Assembly (NCBI GenBank): GCA_964575535.1 | Contig: CAZNRZ010000001.1 | Location: 1-42,113 of the forward strand | Direction of reading: 5' to 3' | Origin: an uncultured Lysobacter sp. | Lineage (GTDB): Bacteria; Pseudomonadota; Gammaproteobacteria; Xanthomonadales; Xanthomonadaceae | Length of the DNA: 42,113 nt | Shown here: in pieces, positions 41,201-42,113 of the stretch | How positions within the stretch are numbered: the stretch's first letter is position 1 | Layout: each line of letters opens with the position of its first letter | The notes under the pieces: model-generated | Seen by the model: only the letters and a program-made list of their open reading frames with translations | Databases searched by the model: none | What the model was told of the DNA's origin: nothing | Program-made: the position numbers and the translations under genes

Positions 41201-41753
41201 GGCCTCGCGGCCGGATACCGGCGGCCGCGGCGGCTGGCGGCCCGAGATGGAGACCACCGTGGCGGGCCTCGTCGTCGGCCTGCGCAAGAAGGGCGACTCA
41301 CAGGTCTTCGTGCAGCTGGAGGACGGCCGGGGGCGGCTGGAATGCGCCTTCTTCGCCGAGACCTATGCCGAGAACGCATCGGCCATCGCACGCGACCGCC
41401 TGCTCGTCGTACAGGGCGGCCTGCGCGAGGACACCTTCTCCGGCGGCTTCGCGCTCAAGGCGCAACGCTGCTGGGATTTCGCGCAGGTCTGCGCCCGCCA
41501 CGCGCAGAAGCTGCTGCTGCGGCTGGACCTGCGCGAGCCGGGCACGCTGGCGCGCGTGGAGGCGTTGCTGGCCGCCTGCCGCCCGGGCCCGACGCCGCTG
41601 CGCCTGCACCTGCTGATCGACGGCACGGCCGGCATGGTGGATCTCGACGGCCCCAACGGCGTGCGCGTGAACAGCGAGCTGCTCGAAACCCTGCGCGCGA
41701 CGCCCGGGGTCACGACGGTGAAGCTGGCGCTGTCCAAGCCCTGGGCGCACTGA
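38226..41753 (+). CDS. dnaE: DNA polymerase III alpha subunit
   Basis: FVHLHLHSEYS, GRGSGAGS, RVSMPDFDIDF, KFDFLGL and YGFNKSH motifs; 1175 aa. Confidence 0.98.
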   Translation: MSSRFVHLHLHSEYSLADSTIRIGELVKRCVQLGQPAVALTDINNLFAAVKFYKAAEGAGIKPILGADVALADGNEAPSRMTLLCRDRSGYLTLSRLLSRMWMEGHRNDGVAMRPDWLRADNAGLFALAGRDSLAAQLAAGGRHDLAEAWLVDWRDALGERLHLELTRTQRKGEDAFNAFALHASSLRDIPVVASNDVRFLDESGYEAHEARVCISTGRVLDDPKRPREYGPQQYLRSCEEMDALFADVPDAISNAHALAMRCNVEMKLGEYALPAFPVPSEHTIESWLRGTARDGLEKRLDKAPPSDGRTREDYDARLERELDVIIRMGFPGYFLIVADFINWGKQQGIPVGPGRGSGAGSLVAWALGITDLDPLPYDLLFERFLNPERVSMPDFDIDFCMDRRDEVIDYVARKYGRDRVSQIITYGTMSAKAVVRDCGRVLGHGYGFVDSISKLIPLIPADPLSLDDVLGRSERAKKDPERSIGEFITRYNAEDDVRDLVDLALQLEDLTRNAGKHAGGVVIAPSPLSDFCPLFAEHDEGGRGRNPVTQFDKDDVEAVGLVKFDFLGLRTLTIIDWAVKAINARRAKEGGAPIDIISLPLDDRKAYEVFARGDTVAVFQFESRGMRELLKRAQPDRFDDLIALVSLYRPGPMDLIPDFIERKHGRQEVQYPHPLLEPVLAPTYGVVVYQEQVMQTAQILGGYSLGGADLLRRAMGKKKPEEMAKERVKFEAGAKEHHGIEPNVSGPIFDLLEKFAGYGFNKSHAAAYALVSYQTAWLKAHYPAEFMAAVLSSDMDNTDKVTGFLDEARTMGLTVLPPDVNESAYMFCATTPDTIRYGIGAVKGVGRGACEAIVEARRAAPFEDLLDLAQRCDGGRLNRRVLEALAQAGALDALGKNRASLMLQVPEVLRATDQLSKELAAGQASLFGGVDTAAPALRIDLPEADEWPIRRVLEAERDTLGHYLSGHPFDPHREDVHGLVGFHLGDLERIWASRPDTGGRGGWRPEMETTVAGLVVGLRKKGDSQVFVQLEDGRGRLECAFFAETYAENASAIARDRLLVVQGGLREDTFSGGFALKAQRCWDFAQVCARHAQKLLLRLDLREPGTLARVEALLAACRPGPTPLRLHLLIDGTAGMVDLDGPNGVRVNSELLETLRATPGVTTVKLALSKPWAH

Positions 41754-41856
41754 GGCGCACGGAAACCGTGCGGCGCGGCGGTGCGGTGACGGCGCGACGA
41801 CGCCACCAGGTGATGGCTTCGCCGGATGCCGGCAGCGCCCGGCGAAGTCGAGTATC

Positions 41857-41941
41857 CGCAGCCCGGGTAACGCCGAAGGCCGCGCCCGGGACACCGCGAC
41901 ATCCGATCCCGGGTGCGCTGCGCTTACCCGGGCTACGCGGC
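41857..41941. repeat. REP doublet: degenerate left arm plus a right arm identical to 417-452
   Basis: Left: CGCAGCCCGGGTAACGCCGAAGGCCGCGCCCGGGA. Right: ATCCCGGGTGCGCTGCGCTTACCCGGGCTACGCGGC. Confidence 0.85.
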
Positions 41942-42090
41942 CCGGGTCGGGTGCTGAGCCGACCCGGGCCGGCGGGAGTCGCTCCGGGCGGGTACGCCGG
42001 CCTCCGCCGGGTGAAAGCCAACGCATTCGCAATCGGCCGCCCTTCAGACCCTGCCCCGGCGAACGGGTGCGTATGTCGACCCCGCGCCGC

Positions 42091-42096
42091 TACACT
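42091..42096 (+). promoter_or_regulatory. -10-like TACACT for the next gene beyond the window (accA expected by synteny)
   Basis: Same hexamer as the rpsB -10; the downstream gene is not visible. Confidence 0.35.
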
Positions 42097-42113
42097 GCCC
42101 GCCTTTCATCCAG

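Noticed and set aside
38226-41753. Intein or split in dnaE
   Set aside because: Normal length with contiguous motifs; no intein splice motifs or homing endonuclease seen.

Overview
A high-GC (roughly 70% by eye) bacterial chromosome segment. Gene order and protein features point to Xanthomonadaceae/Lysobacteraceae (Lysobacter/Luteimonas-like; inference). It has three parts. (1) 50-1036 is non-coding and densely structured: two inverted copies of a ~250-bp multi-hairpin repeat enclose a GTAG-type REP doublet. (2) About 1.2-16.3 kb holds accessory, stress and envelope genes: DUF488, ABC1/UbiB kinase, YkuD-type L,D-transpeptidase, App1-like phosphatase, fpr, a membrane-anchored LytTR regulator with a divergent acyltransferase, a secreted amidohydrolase, a CBS protein, an M3 peptidase, a DUF421 pair and xth. 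(3) 16.3-41.8 kb is the conserved core block map-glnD-dapD-arsC-like-dapE (minus strand) and rpsB-tsf-pyrH-[CDF]-frr-uppS-cdsA-dxr-rseP-bamA-lpxD-fabZ-lpxA-lpxB-rnhB-dnaE (plus strand). I found no transposase, phage gene, CRISPR array, rRNA or tRNA. The three most interesting signals are non-coding. Inverted 7-mer (GTGATTS)x4 hairpin cassettes at frr/uppS and lpxA/lpxB hold the only usable start codons of the downstream genes, in the same register. Six stress-type genes share a 'box-N5/6-box-N11-(-10)' upstream architecture. The composite repeat at the window start shows compensatory changes in its hairpins. All calls come from reading the sequence; no searches were run.
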